64,000 bases of DNA, taken from positions 23,374,001 to 23,438,000 of the forward strand of contig NW_025963857.1 in assembly GCF_023055435.1 (NCBI RefSeq), given 5' to 3'. The notes under the pieces were generated by a model that was not told where the DNA came from, did no database searches, and was given only the letters and a program-made list of their open reading frames with translations. How positions within the stretch are numbered: position 1 is the stretch's first letter; every line of letters begins with the position of its first letter. This document shows, piece by piece, positions 27,596 through 39,040 of this stretch. This stretch comes from Haliotis rufescens. Lineage: Eukaryota. The translations under genes and the position numbers were made by a program.

Positions 27596-28212
27596 TCAAT
27601 AATAGCCGATACCTGAAACAAAAAAATAGTAGAATAAAGTTGGGATGTATGGATAAGTCACAACGAAGTCTTGAAACTAGCTGCATGATAAACTATACCA
27701 AATATTAGAGAAAGCAGAGAATAGTTTTAAAGATGTTTTGTAAATGTCATCAGCTTTGTCGCTGAAAATAGTAATACCACATAGGTAAATTATGCAATTT
27801 TGCAAACGAGACTGGAGGTATATTTACGGATACGATAAACAAATGATATCATATTTTGTGAAATACCTTTTCCCAATCCAATTCCGTATCCTCCCATTCC
27901 GTAGAGACCACCATAGCCCCCGAGTCCTCCGTACAGACCTCCCATGCCGTATCCGTATTTGCCTCCGTATAGACCTCCCATGCCTCCGTATAGACCTCCC
28001 ATGCCTCCGTATAGACCTCCCATGCCTCCGTATAGACCTCCATAGCCTCCAAGACCTCCAAGACCTCCAAGGCCTCCGTACAATCCACCCATTCCGTAGC
28101 CAATTCCGCCCAGTCCTCCTTTCAACCCGCCAATTCCACCATACAGACCGGTAGGCTCGGCAAAGGCGGTAACAGCCAGGCAGGCAACAAGAGCGGCGAC
28201 TATCTTCATCAT
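27596..28212 (-). CDS. Secreted Gly/Tyr-rich protein, copy 7; join(28212..27867, 27612..27596); 120 aa
   Basis: Same structure; has the extra GGLYGGM repeat and one fewer 9-bp GGL repeat. Confidence 0.9.
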
Positions 28213-28865
28213 TTTGAGTATCTATTGAGTAACGGGAAAATTATTGTCAAGAAAGGTAAAATAGCATGTTATCGTTACTCATCTGGTAAATTCAGTTCAC
28301 ACCACTCATTGTGAATTATGTTATCAGTTTTGCTTTCACCCGCATTCATATATTTCTCAATTTACAAGAACGTCTTATGTTACATATTCGGACTTTTATG
28401 AATTGGCTCAACATAAAGATTGAAAACAGCCTGATGCGCAGCAGATGAATCAAAAATTAAAAGTATACATATATATCAGAAGCAAAATTTAAATTAGTAC
28501 TTGCAGTTTGGTCTTTACTCGTATCTGTGTCTCAACGGCAGGTGAAGATAAGAGATGATGGAACAGTTTCCCCCGTCCTTTATATATACCATTTGTGAAT
28601 TATACGTGATTGATTTACCTTGGGCTGACCACTTCCAGGTAAGTAACGCACCTCAGCCTAATGGTGTAAAGTAAGCATTCTTTTCGCATCAAAGGGCCCG
28701 AGGTTATCACCCTACGGGTACACATGCGAGCTGGTATCCATGAACATCGATTAAGGAAGTACAAGACAACGTATATAAAGGTGGCAAACAGACACACTCT
28801 CTCTGGCATCGTCGAACTGCATTTCAAACAGTCCTCGATACTCAATGTTTAACCTATATTATTTA

Positions 28866-29027
28866 GGGGCGGTCGGGTAGCCTAGTGGTTAAAGCGTTCG
28901 CTTGTTACGCCGAAGACACGGGTTCGATTTCCGACATGGGTACAATGTGTGTAGCCCATTGCTGGTGTCCCCCGCCGTGATATTGCTGGAATATTGCTCA
29001 AAGCGGCGTAAAACCATACTCACTCAC
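28866..29027 (+). mobile_element. SINE-A, unit 7 (tail one ACTC shorter)
   Basis: Copy of 2118-2283 with the same TSD. Confidence 0.88.
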
Positions 29028-29633
29028 TTTAACCTATATTAAGTAAATATTCGATAATGGTCTGAAAAGTGTGTATCCAGTAAATATATGATGTGGGAGC
29101 AACATACATCAGACATTATAATGCATCTGTGTGATACGACATAACATGAGACCAGAAAACTGACGCAACACACCAGTACAGCCTCGCCACAGTACAGCAG
29201 TAGCACTGTACCACACGAGGTCAACTATGCTAACCGTTTCCGTGTAATACAGCAGCCTGCTCACAAGAAAATAGCTTCTGCTGAATATACTGCAGAAGTC
29301 CCCAGATACTACATTATTCTCCCCGAATTTTATTTATCTTACTGCACAATAACTATAAACTACAACAGCTTTATTTCCTAACTGAAAGGGACATATATTG
29401 GTTTCTTCTCACAAAGGGACTGTCACTATGAATACTCACAACACCTTTATATGTGTGTAGTATCTGTTAAAAGCCGAAAGTACACCAGTGTCTTCTGAAA
29501 ACATGATTGACATATGAACAACAGCTTGTTTTCTCGTCTTTGTTGACTTGTCTTTGTATGTGTTTGTGACGGTAGAACCGATGGGGCAGGATACGCTTAC
29601 TTTTTGGCAACCGCCAGGTATCATCACTATCTG

Positions 29634-29693
29634 GTTGGTTAGTTGGTTGGTTGGTTGTTTAACGCTGCACTCAGCAATATATTACTGCTACAT
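29634..29693 (-). mobile_element. SINE-B, unit 7, 3' tail portion (split by transposon)
   Basis: Matches the SINE-B tail up to the CAT TSD. Confidence 0.83.
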
Positions 29694-29751
29694 CACTGCA
29701 AACACGAAAACGTCGTTTTTTTCCGTATATGGTCATTGGACGGAAAAACGA
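29694..29751 (+). repeat. Left terminal inverted repeat (58 bp)
   Basis: CACTGCAAACACGAAAACGTCGTTTTTTTCCGTATATGGTCATTGGACGGAAAAACGA is the exact reverse complement of 40594-40651. Confidence 0.97.
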
Positions 29752-31451
29752 ATAAAAATTCATTAAAATTGATTAATTGGTCAGCGTCTAGAAAGTGTCC
29801 AGAAAAGGGTCGAGTTTTTCAAGCGTAAAATGGACGGAAAAACGATGCTTTTTGCTCCGCCTTGTACAACTGTTAACGGCCAATCAGATGGCGCTGGTCC
29901 CCCGACGCACGTGATGTCCAAGGCTTCCTTTCGGAAGCTTTAGATTTCGTATTTCTGGCATGCCTTGCTCTAGTATCTGTCGCGCGCAGTGCAGCGAGAT
30001 TTGCTGATAAGCTAGTTTTAGGATATGTTACATGTTAATGGAATTCATACACGCGCCAAGAAGTCAAACCAAACAATGTTACTAAGTTTATTGTGGTAAC
30101 GGCTATGTACAGTTACCCCTATCGGATAATGGGTTGTGTTTCATTTGGTTATAACAATAACTAATAATTTTTATTTTTTAATGTGAAGTTTACAAGATAT
30201 ACGACTTGGACGCGAGGTCGGTCACATGACGTTCTTCACGTGACTGTATTCTTGAAAAGGCGTAAACACTGACTACTTCCACATTCCTGGGGAAAACCCT
30301 TGGAATTCCCTGGTACGAATTCATACAGAAGCGTGGTTGCAAGCCTCGCTACAACCCATCCCAGAGAGAAAAAACACGAAAAAAAATCCAAATTGTCGCA
30401 GTGACAATTTACAGAAATCTATGAATTTACCTTAGTATCTATTTGACACATCTTCACAATCACCTTTCAATGATCGGCCAATTGATCAGTGATGCCAAAG
30501 GCTTGAAATAGCCACAGGTTAATTAACAACTTCGAAAATATCTCCCGTCACGTTTATCGTGTCGGCCATTTTGACGTATTGTACTTGATGTAAATGTATT
30601 ACGACGCTCTGTCATTGTAATTGACTTACTGAGGTAATTCTGTAAAAGATCTTCTCATCTAATGAGGATATTGTTTGGAATATATTTCTTGTAAACATAC
30701 TAAAACATATGTTCCTCGCTTTGGGGGGAACTATTGTATTCCGGGGTGGCCCATTAAATCTAGTAGTAAGTCAAGGCACCATGCGTGATCTGTTATTTTA
30801 TGTGTTTAAATTACGATTTGGGGCGTTAATAAAATACACTGACGCAAGTATATTCTATTCAAATCAATTGGATAATTGAATATGCTTTCTTTTACATATT
30901 ACATAACATCACTGCACAAAATATGAACAGTTGCAGTAACACACTACGGTAATCGCATTAAACATCATTTTCAACTGTACAGTATTTCAGTATTTCAGTT
31001 ATATCATGGTGTATCAGACTGATCCGAAGTGGTTCAGGTCATCCAATGGGTGTTCGGGAAAAGGTGCGCGTATCCTGCCACACAAGTGGCACCCGTCACA
31101 AACACATGCAAGGACAAGTCAATTGTTCACCTGAACAAAGCACGGAAACACACAATGATGCCCGTCCTCAGTTTTACCGAGCATGTAAATTATTTTGTCC
31201 GTCAAAAACATGGACGAGTATAAACAATATGTTCATTCACGTAATACATATCATACATTTGACAAAATGTATTGACTCGGAGCATTATTGTTAATCACAG
31301 CGTATGCAGTTGAACTCATCACCCATCCCATTATTGATAACCCTTCTTGAAGATCTATGAAATCAGAAGCTGCAACACCCTATCTTTTAACTGGCATGTC
31401 AGACTTCTATTTCATTACTCAGTTTTATTTGCACGGATTACTATGGAAGGG

Positions 31452-31670
31452 ACATTGTCTCGTTGTCGCATTGTCGCATTGACGCCTTTACAAAAACAAG
31501 CAAAACGTGTCAAAATTAACAAAAGCGCGACAATTGGCCATTTGTCGCATTGTCGCGTGTTCGCATTGTCGCTCTTTGATAATCCTTTTCTTTATTTTAC
31601 AAAAGGGCGACGATGCCGTAACGCGACATTTTCAAGGTCAAAATATGTCTCGTTGTCGCATTGTCGCCCC
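31452..31670. repeat. Cluster of direct and inverted TTGTCGCA-type repeats (probable transposon or MITE remnant)
   Basis: TGTCTCGTTGTCGCATTGTCGC at 31456-31477 and 31646-31667; an imperfect inverted copy at 31605-31633. Confidence 0.65.
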
Positions 31671-32146
31671 ATCACAAATGTGTATAAAACGCGTAAAGTT
31701 CAGTTATTGTTACAGTTAGGAAGTTCAACCTGATAAATGTACGTCTTGAAAACACAAGTCCGTCCGCGAGTCCATAACGTTTTATTGTGAGCTCTTCTCT
31801 AAAAGTGCTTAGTGTTCAACTCCCAGTTCCACACACGTAGTACCTCCTCAAAAATCCACATACCTCCAGTGCAGTGGTCTTCCGGAAGATCTTACTCTTG
31901 ACCGTATTAGACAACTGACGAGTGCACGCCTGACCTGTGACCTCGTTGCAACCCTCGTGATGTGTTTGCCGAAGGGAGAGGTGTAGGAAATGTGTGCTCC
32001 AGCCCAGCACAGAGCTCGCGACACACTGTATACTGATGTATACAGTATATTGCAGTTGATAAACTGTATACTGCATGTGATACTTATTTGCGGAAATGTT
32101 ACAACTTTCAAGATTCAAGATTCAATTTACATTTATTTCATATACA

Positions 32147-32200
32147 ACAGACCGCCGTCATATATCACTGGAATACTGCTGAGAGCGGCGTTAAAACAAA
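32147..32200 (+). mobile_element. 5'-truncated SINE-B-type tail
   Basis: ACAGACCGCCGTCATATATCACTGGAATACTGCTGAGAGCGGCGTTAAAAC matches the SINE-B 3' end. Confidence 0.75.
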
Positions 32201-33708
32201 TTGTTTTCCTAATGGAGCGCTGCAGTCATTTAAAATAGAACCGTATACATATGTACATGTAGTACCAACTCACTCTATTTGTTTCCAATATTCAGCAGAA
32301 AATATATTATTAACCAGGTCTTTGGGAAAAGATATCAGATTTTTATAAGCAGCCACATAGGGATGATAAAGGACCCCTCGCTGATTAGGTTCTTGTTTAC
32401 TTAAGAGCAGAGTTGGCCATGTTAGATGATATAACCAAAATCCAGGCGCTTCGGCGGGGGGCAAGCTGGTCTTGTTAGTGTATGGTATGAGCTGTGACGT
32501 TGACCCAAGAGAATAATGTAAAACATGAGACCAACTCAAGTCTATAATGATTGGGAAAGTCTAGATTTCCACAGCTCTGACCTGAAATTAAGAATTGTTC
32601 TATGCTCCATTTTAATTGTATTATTTTCATTTTGTAGACATGGATGGACCAACCAGGAAAGAAATTAATGGAATATTAATATCACATGTTACCACTGATC
32701 CAGTTAAATTCATCACACAATAATAAATTAGTATTTGACATTACGGCATTTGATTATTGGGGCATGATCATGTACATGTTCACTGTAGTAATGTACACAC
32801 CAGTCAACTTGATTATAATTTTTATCAAAGTGTAGCGCGGCATCAACGATTACTTTATGATATCCTCACTTGTCATCGATGTATTGACATCGAACAATGG
32901 ACGGCAATTCGAAATTCTTATGGATAGCTTCAATAGGGACAGCGCCGGTGTCAGTACAATTTTCCTAGTTAAAATAAGTATCTACAAAATATAATCTGAA
33001 GCAGACAAGAACAATATTTTTTTATTAATGCTTACTTTCATGGATAGAATTAAGGCAATCTAGGCTTGCCAAATCGTTCTAGACTTGAGCTGGATTCCTT
33101 TTAAATTTATTCTGTATGGTCTGGGAGACGAACGGGCGTCAGTATCGCATGGAGAACTGGGACAGCCTTAATCAGTGTAATCGGATATGTTGTGGAGTTT
33201 CGGTTTGGGGCTGTTTGCTGAATATATAGAATTGCGAGTTATGTATACTCTGTATTCTTCGTCATGGTAGCATATATATTTTGTACAGTTTAAAAGTCAA
33301 ATAATGGCAAATTGTGTATCTTTCTACATTTTGAATTAATTATATTTTCTGAAATAAAACCTTAGCATCAGATAGTGATATACACGAATATGATCTATAC
33401 TATTATAAATGAATTATCAATTTCGTATTATGAATTAGATAAACAAAAATATGATAGTAAAACAAATTATTTTAATCTATTCTTGTGAGGAGGTAACGAG
33501 AGATCTAGGCAACGCACTAACGTAGCCATTTATGAAAAATGAAATATTAAAAGTTTAGGGGTTTGAACATGCACATTGAATGATAGGGAAGAAAGCAACG
33601 CAATAATTAAATTATGAATCAAATTATGTTATAAATATAACAGAATATTTAGAAAATATAAGTTTAATTTCTCATTGTTGGAAGGTGTTTAACAATTATA
33701 TACTTAGA

Positions 33709-33935
33709 TTTGGTTGATTGTTTGTTGTTTAACGCCGCACTCAGCAATATACCAACTATATGACGGTGGTTCGTAAATAATCCAGTCTGGACCAAACAAT
33801 TTAGTCATTATCATCAAGAGCACCGATCTACGCATTTGGGATACGATGACATGCATCAACCAAGTCAGCGAGCCAAGTCGCCTTCGTAGAAGCATAGGTT
33901 GTTGAATGCCTATTCTAAACCGGATCTTCACGGGT
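33709..33935 (-). mobile_element. Diverged SINE-B copy with internal deletion
   Basis: Colinear with 2890-3155, e.g. GTTTAACGCCGCACTCAGCAATAT and CATGCATCAACCAAGTCAGCGAGCC. Confidence 0.85.
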
Positions 33936-36472
33936 ATTTTTTTAAATAATAAGGTACAATGAAATTCTGTATATGTCCATAATAAGTGTGTATAAGTAGA
34001 TGGATAATATGTCCATACACGCCAAGTAAATGGTATATGCATTAATTTAAATGCAAATGATTCAATGATGAGTTCTTTCACAAGTCCATATTTCAAGGCA
34101 TGTATTTGATATTCATAATAACTCCACAAAAGCTACATAATGGCAACAAAACAGTACCAGCATCACAGATACCAATAATACATGAGATACATATAATTAC
34201 TTTAAAGTTAAAACATGTATCCAAATAGAAAATTAGAAGGATACACTTCCGACATTTTTCGTATTTTGTTTTCGTTTGGAGAGAGAAGTTGTGATGTTCA
34301 AACAGGTGTTCCCTTCCGACCAGGCCTTGCGGCAATGCTATAGCCCAAAATGAAACAAGCCTTGTTCAACAGGTTCAGACTCAAATTTCTATCCCACTTG
34401 GGCTCCTTTTAAATTTAAATATAATTTCTCGTGTCGATATGTGTCAGAAGAAATGAAATATTACAGCACTGGTGAATAGGTTATATGCGCATGTCAGCGT
34501 CGATCCTATAATATCCTTTTATGCAAAATACATATATACTGATGAAATAAGGTAGTAATCCTACGCAAATATATGTCCAGATGCATACATCAGTATCATC
34601 TCGTGATCTTAATTCGTCCTGCACTCTTTCTTAAAAGATAAATGTGAAGCATTTCCTCTGTATGGATTTATATAATGTAGTATCGTTTAAATGTAATGCT
34701 GATGCAGTAAACGTACCACAGACCTAATCCTAGAATAACATCTAATTTCTGAAATGAACATATTTTACAGAAAAAAACAGTTGTTTAAACAATACTTATA
34801 ACATATAAGAACAAGGAGCCAAGAGCCAAATATTGGGCTGTGTTGGACATATTTGTTTCGGGGTCTTATGACAGACAAACCTGATGCTTTTAACTATAAA
34901 GATAAGTAAGTATAGATGTTGTACATATTCAAATATGTTCGTGATTAACCCAACCTTGAAAAATATTGAAAGATGAGTGGTAACTATTTATGCCATTATT
35001 TCAAATTAGAATGAGAGCACATCAGGAAAGCATGGTACTTTAATATACGTATCTTGTTAACCCAATATTCTTTTTTAAGTAAGAGCAGCATGTATATCGA
35101 GAGTATAGGTTTGGTGCGTGACTTATCACACAGTACTTTCAGAAAGTGTGCATATTCTGTTTATCGGCAATAAATAACATAAGACGATTCATACGGGTAA
35201 ATACGAACTAGTATAGATTATTTAAGGTTAGGGGGAAATGTATGTAATTAACAGATCTTTGGCCGGGTTTGAAGGATTTGGGTCCTGGCTTGGGCTTTGT
35301 GTTGGACGTGTAGACGGCATTTCCAGGTTTGACGTATCAATGACAAAAATGATGTCAGATGCAATTCTCTGCCTTTTCGGGTGAACAATTGGCTTGCCTT
35401 TGGATGTGTTTGTGGCGGGTGCCACTAGTGGATCGGAATTAGCTCGCGTTTTTGCGAGCATCCAATGTCATCATTTATTATGATGAATCATGAAACATGC
35501 TCCTGATGTTGACGCAATGGTGCAGTTGGCGCTACTTTTGGCAAGGGTTTCTCATGATAATGGAAATGCTTATGTCGCTTTTGTTGACCGATAAACTTGA
35601 AAAGATATAATGTTAGTGTATATGGTCATGTAATTAAGAAACAAACGACGAGTGGGAGTTGTTTATTGTACGATAAACAACGACCGAGACTCGTTTATTT
35701 CTATATGAGATATCAACATTACGTACAGCCTCTTTTAGGGTGTTAAATTAGGAAAAAATACACGCTTTATAATATTTACCATATTTACTATCATAATTAT
35801 CATCATTATTTATGTTACTTATCCTCAAGTGAAGTAGTCCTCCACACTATACATTCAGTGAAGAAGCCCATGAACATATGAACTATGTAACATACATTCA
35901 TGGAAATTAGATGAACAGTTGAAGTTAGCAAATGATATTATTCGGTCGAACGTCTATCAGCCATCTATTCTATTCATGAAGAACATTTCACGTGGGACCA
36001 ACATAGGGAATTATGACTATCGACTTGCTAATTATTTTTTATATTCATGCCAGCTCAAACGATCTATTGGCTTGATTTATTGTTATGGTATCCACAAAAT
36101 AAGTAGGATCCGATTTTTTCCGTTTTTGTTGAAATAAAACTGAATAATATTTGCTGTTTACATATCAAAGTTTGCCAAATTCTTACAAAATGTTTGCCCA
36201 CAGCAAGGCTACGTATCCCTAACATATTGTGCTAGGCACAGTATCACTGGACTGAGGGAGGGCGGTATTCCTCCTTGTGGGTCACCTGCTTGGCAATATG
36301 GGACGGGAAATCTGCAGGGGGTGAGGGCAGTTAAGTTGATGGTACAGACAGATAAGAGAGATCATTTTACAAATGTGAAACCTCAGTCCACAAAGGAAGA
36401 GGCGAAAGCTGAAACTTGGTGAGGTTTACAGAACAAAGGCAGTTATTTCTAGTTTCTTACTGACTCTCGAAG

Positions 36473-36609
36473 NNNNNNNNNNNNNNNNNNNNNNNNNNNN
36501 NNNNNNNNNNNNNNNNNNNNNNNNNNNNNNNNNNNNNNNNNNNNNNNNNNNNNNNNNNNNNNNNNNNNNNNNNNNNNNNNNNNNNNNNNNNNNNNNNNNN
36601 NNNNNNNNN
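36473..36609. other. N run (137 bp), assembly gap or mask
   Basis: Run of n. Confidence 0.99.
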
Positions 36610-36654
36610 TTTGAGTGAAAGAAAACACTATAAGTGAGTATCACTCGTATCACA

Positions 36655-36673
36655 ACGCATGCACGCATGCACG

Positions 36674-36705
<32 letters not shown>
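36655..36705. repeat. Compound (GCAC/GCAT)n-(CA)n microsatellite
   Basis: Read directly from the sequence. Confidence 0.95.
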
Positions 36706-36760
36706 TCACATTCTTCTTTCCCCACCATTATGTCTACGTCAGCCATCATGGATCCATGCG

Positions 36761-36930
36761 CATGCTTTCATACATAATCCATCCTCCCACCATTCCCCAA
36801 CATCCATCGAACTATAACTATATCCGCCCTCATGTATCGGTATTCGTGCTTTCATACATACATACACACCCCTACCATTCCCCTACATCCATCGCAGTAT
36901 AACTATGACTATAACCGCCTTCCTGCATCC
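36761..36930. repeat. Degenerate ~85-bp tandem duplication
   Basis: TGCTTTCATACATA...ACCATTCCCC.ACATCCATCG...TATAACTAT...CCGCC occurs twice. Confidence 0.7.
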
Positions 36931-37445
36931 GCACTTATGTTCACATTGCATTGCATATGCATCGAATTACACGTTTAAAATATCGTAAATATTTTACAAC
37001 ATGTACATATTATATATCAGCAAACAGACATTATTATAACGCAACAGATTTCATCCGTCAAAACATCACAGAAAGAGGGGCAGCCTGGAATTTTACAATG
37101 GCATCTGAATGCACTAAGACGTTCAACTGGTCATCAGGAGGTGAGAGTTGCGGAAGATTACGGTAAACTTCAGTTACAGATCTCCATTACGAATATCTAA
37201 AGTATGAATAAAGACCACAGCTTGCTGTGGCGTGTACGTCATGCCTGCAGAATTAGCAATGTCCTTAGTACTAAATTGTATGTCTAAATGCTTATGTAGA
37301 CAAAGACCCAAATGTATATAGGCATGACCATATTATATTCTACGCAAGTATCACCACATTTAAAAACAAAGCTAGATTGAGTCTTTGAAGGGCATTAAGA
37401 GCTGATACACACAAGGAAAAATATTTATGGATGTCAACGGAGGAA

Positions 37446-37485
37446 CACTGCGTTTCGGAATAAATACTTTCTCCTTCATCAGATG
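37446..37485 (-). ncRNA. Degenerate minimal type I hammerhead ribozyme motif (Penelope-like element or retrozyme remnant)
   Basis: Minus strand CAT-CTGATGA-A-GGAGAAAGTATTTATTCC-GAAA-CGCA-GTG. The core boxes CUGANGA and GAAA, a stem II hairpin and stem I (CAT/GTG) are present. The cleavage triplet is GCA rather than NUH. Confidence 0.6.
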
Positions 37486-37887
37486 AATATTATTAAATGC
37501 TATGAGGCAGAGAACATATATTTGTACCTGTAAGAACAACAAAAGTAAAAAGATAGCAAAGAAGGGAACGCAACAAGGGAAGCCAACAGATAACTGGCAT
37601 GGCGCTGATTACCCCGCCTCCCGTTTGCCCATTGTCCATTTCCCATTACCAATCATTCATAAGTTAAGTTTTGGCTTTAATTTGTCCATTGATAATCAAC
37701 CATCAACGTCTATTATCTCCACCCTAAAAATATGTAGTTTACTGAGAAAGTGGTATCCAAATATAATGTGTGTTACTGTTGACCACTTTCTTAAAGGCAT
37801 TGTTGGTTCAAAGCTTTCGGTCATAGAAGCCGTGCCATTTTTCTCTTGTCAGAGGAGTACACAAAGTATACGTCATCTGGACTAACA

Positions 37888-37996
37888 TTTTTGGTTCGGT
37901 GGCTGGGTTAGATCGCCAACTTTGTGTTCCGGCGATTGGGTGCCTCACTCACGGTGTGGGTTCAAATCCCGGACGGGACTCAAGCCAAGAAAGTAC
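37888..37996 (+). mobile_element. tRNA-like Pol III cassette (SINE head or pseudo-tRNA)
   Basis: B box GGTTCAAATCC at 37959-37969 within the T-arm hairpin GTGGG-TTCAAAT-CCCGG. Weak A box near 37900. No full cloverleaf. Confidence 0.5.
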
Positions 37997-38183
37997 GAGA
38001 ACCTGTACTTTACTCAGAAAGTGTTATCCCAATTATAACATTTGTTGTCAAGAAAACACAATAAATGTATATTCGGCTTTGGATGGGTAATGATATCACA
38101 GAAATATACGGATATTGATGATGACTTGGAGGAGTTTCGTAACGCACGTCTTCTCAATTCAGGGATTGGTAAATCAAAATATA

Positions 38184-38190
38184 TGTGTGC

Positions 38191-38221
<31 letters not shown>

Positions 38222-38222
38222 T
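38184..38222. repeat. (GCGT)n microsatellite
   Basis: Read directly from the sequence. Confidence 0.95.
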
Positions 38223-38894
38223 AAATGTGGGCCTGTTAGATGTTACATAAAACATTCATCTTGAGCGGGATGGTAGTTCGAGTTCGATTAGCATGTTAAC
38301 GATATCATCTTCTTTAGGCAGAGAATGCTGCGCATGAATGTATTGATGAAATTCCTAGGTACATGGGGCCTTTTCGTCCCCAGGAATACCCAAAGTGGAG
38401 ACTTCAATGGGGATAGGGTGTACACAATGTGCTACCTGGTAGATTGTGTGTCATCAGACCGGACAACGTTGGTCTTTGACTGATTGTGGCGTAAAACACA
38501 CTTATTCATTTACTTATATCGGAAATGGAATGTTCATCTTAATTGTTATTGTTGAACATGTAATATATTTTAAAAGAAATAAAACAGTGACATAATAACT
38601 ACAACTTTATGTGAGCGAGAGTAGCTTATTTGGAATGAGATGAATAAGTCTTATAAAGTTGTAAGCTTCTTCACAATCGTGTTACTATGAATTGACTTTA
38701 TTGGGTAATCAAATAAAAGATAGGACCTAAAATAGCCAAATTTCATACGATTTCACTTGTCCACCATCTTGGATGCAAGGCGAAAACATTTCAGCGCGTT
38801 TGAAGCCACTGAAAATGCCCCGTGCAGAGTTGGACGAACATTCTGCGGTGGCGCGGCTGAGTTGACCAGAGGCTAACAGCAGTATTTCCTGTCC

Positions 38895-39040
38895 NNNNNN
38901 NNNNNNNNNNNNNNNNNNNNNNNNNNNNNNNNNNNNNNNNNNNNNNNNNNNNNNNNNNNNNNNNNNNNNNNNNNNNNNNNNNNNNNNNNNNNNNNNNNNN
39001 NNNNNNNNNNNNNNNNNNNNNNNNNNNNNNNNNNNNNNNN
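38895..39040. other. N run (146 bp), assembly gap or mask
   Basis: Run of n, followed by GCGT repeats and poly-G. Confidence 0.99.

Larger units (their letters stand above)
1..29693. repeat. Tandem gene array, left block: units 1-6 and left part of unit 7 (unit length 4441-4470 bp)
   Basis: The anchor ATAAGCTATACCCGGACAAG recurs at 1, 4456, 8897, 13338, 17800, 22270 and 26737. The same ORF set repeats with the same offsets. Confidence 0.98.

Noticed and set aside
30431-30572. Possible first coding exon on the minus strand (CAAAATGGCC..., donor AAG|GTAAAT)
   Set aside because: In-frame stop after 16 codons and no recognisable protein.
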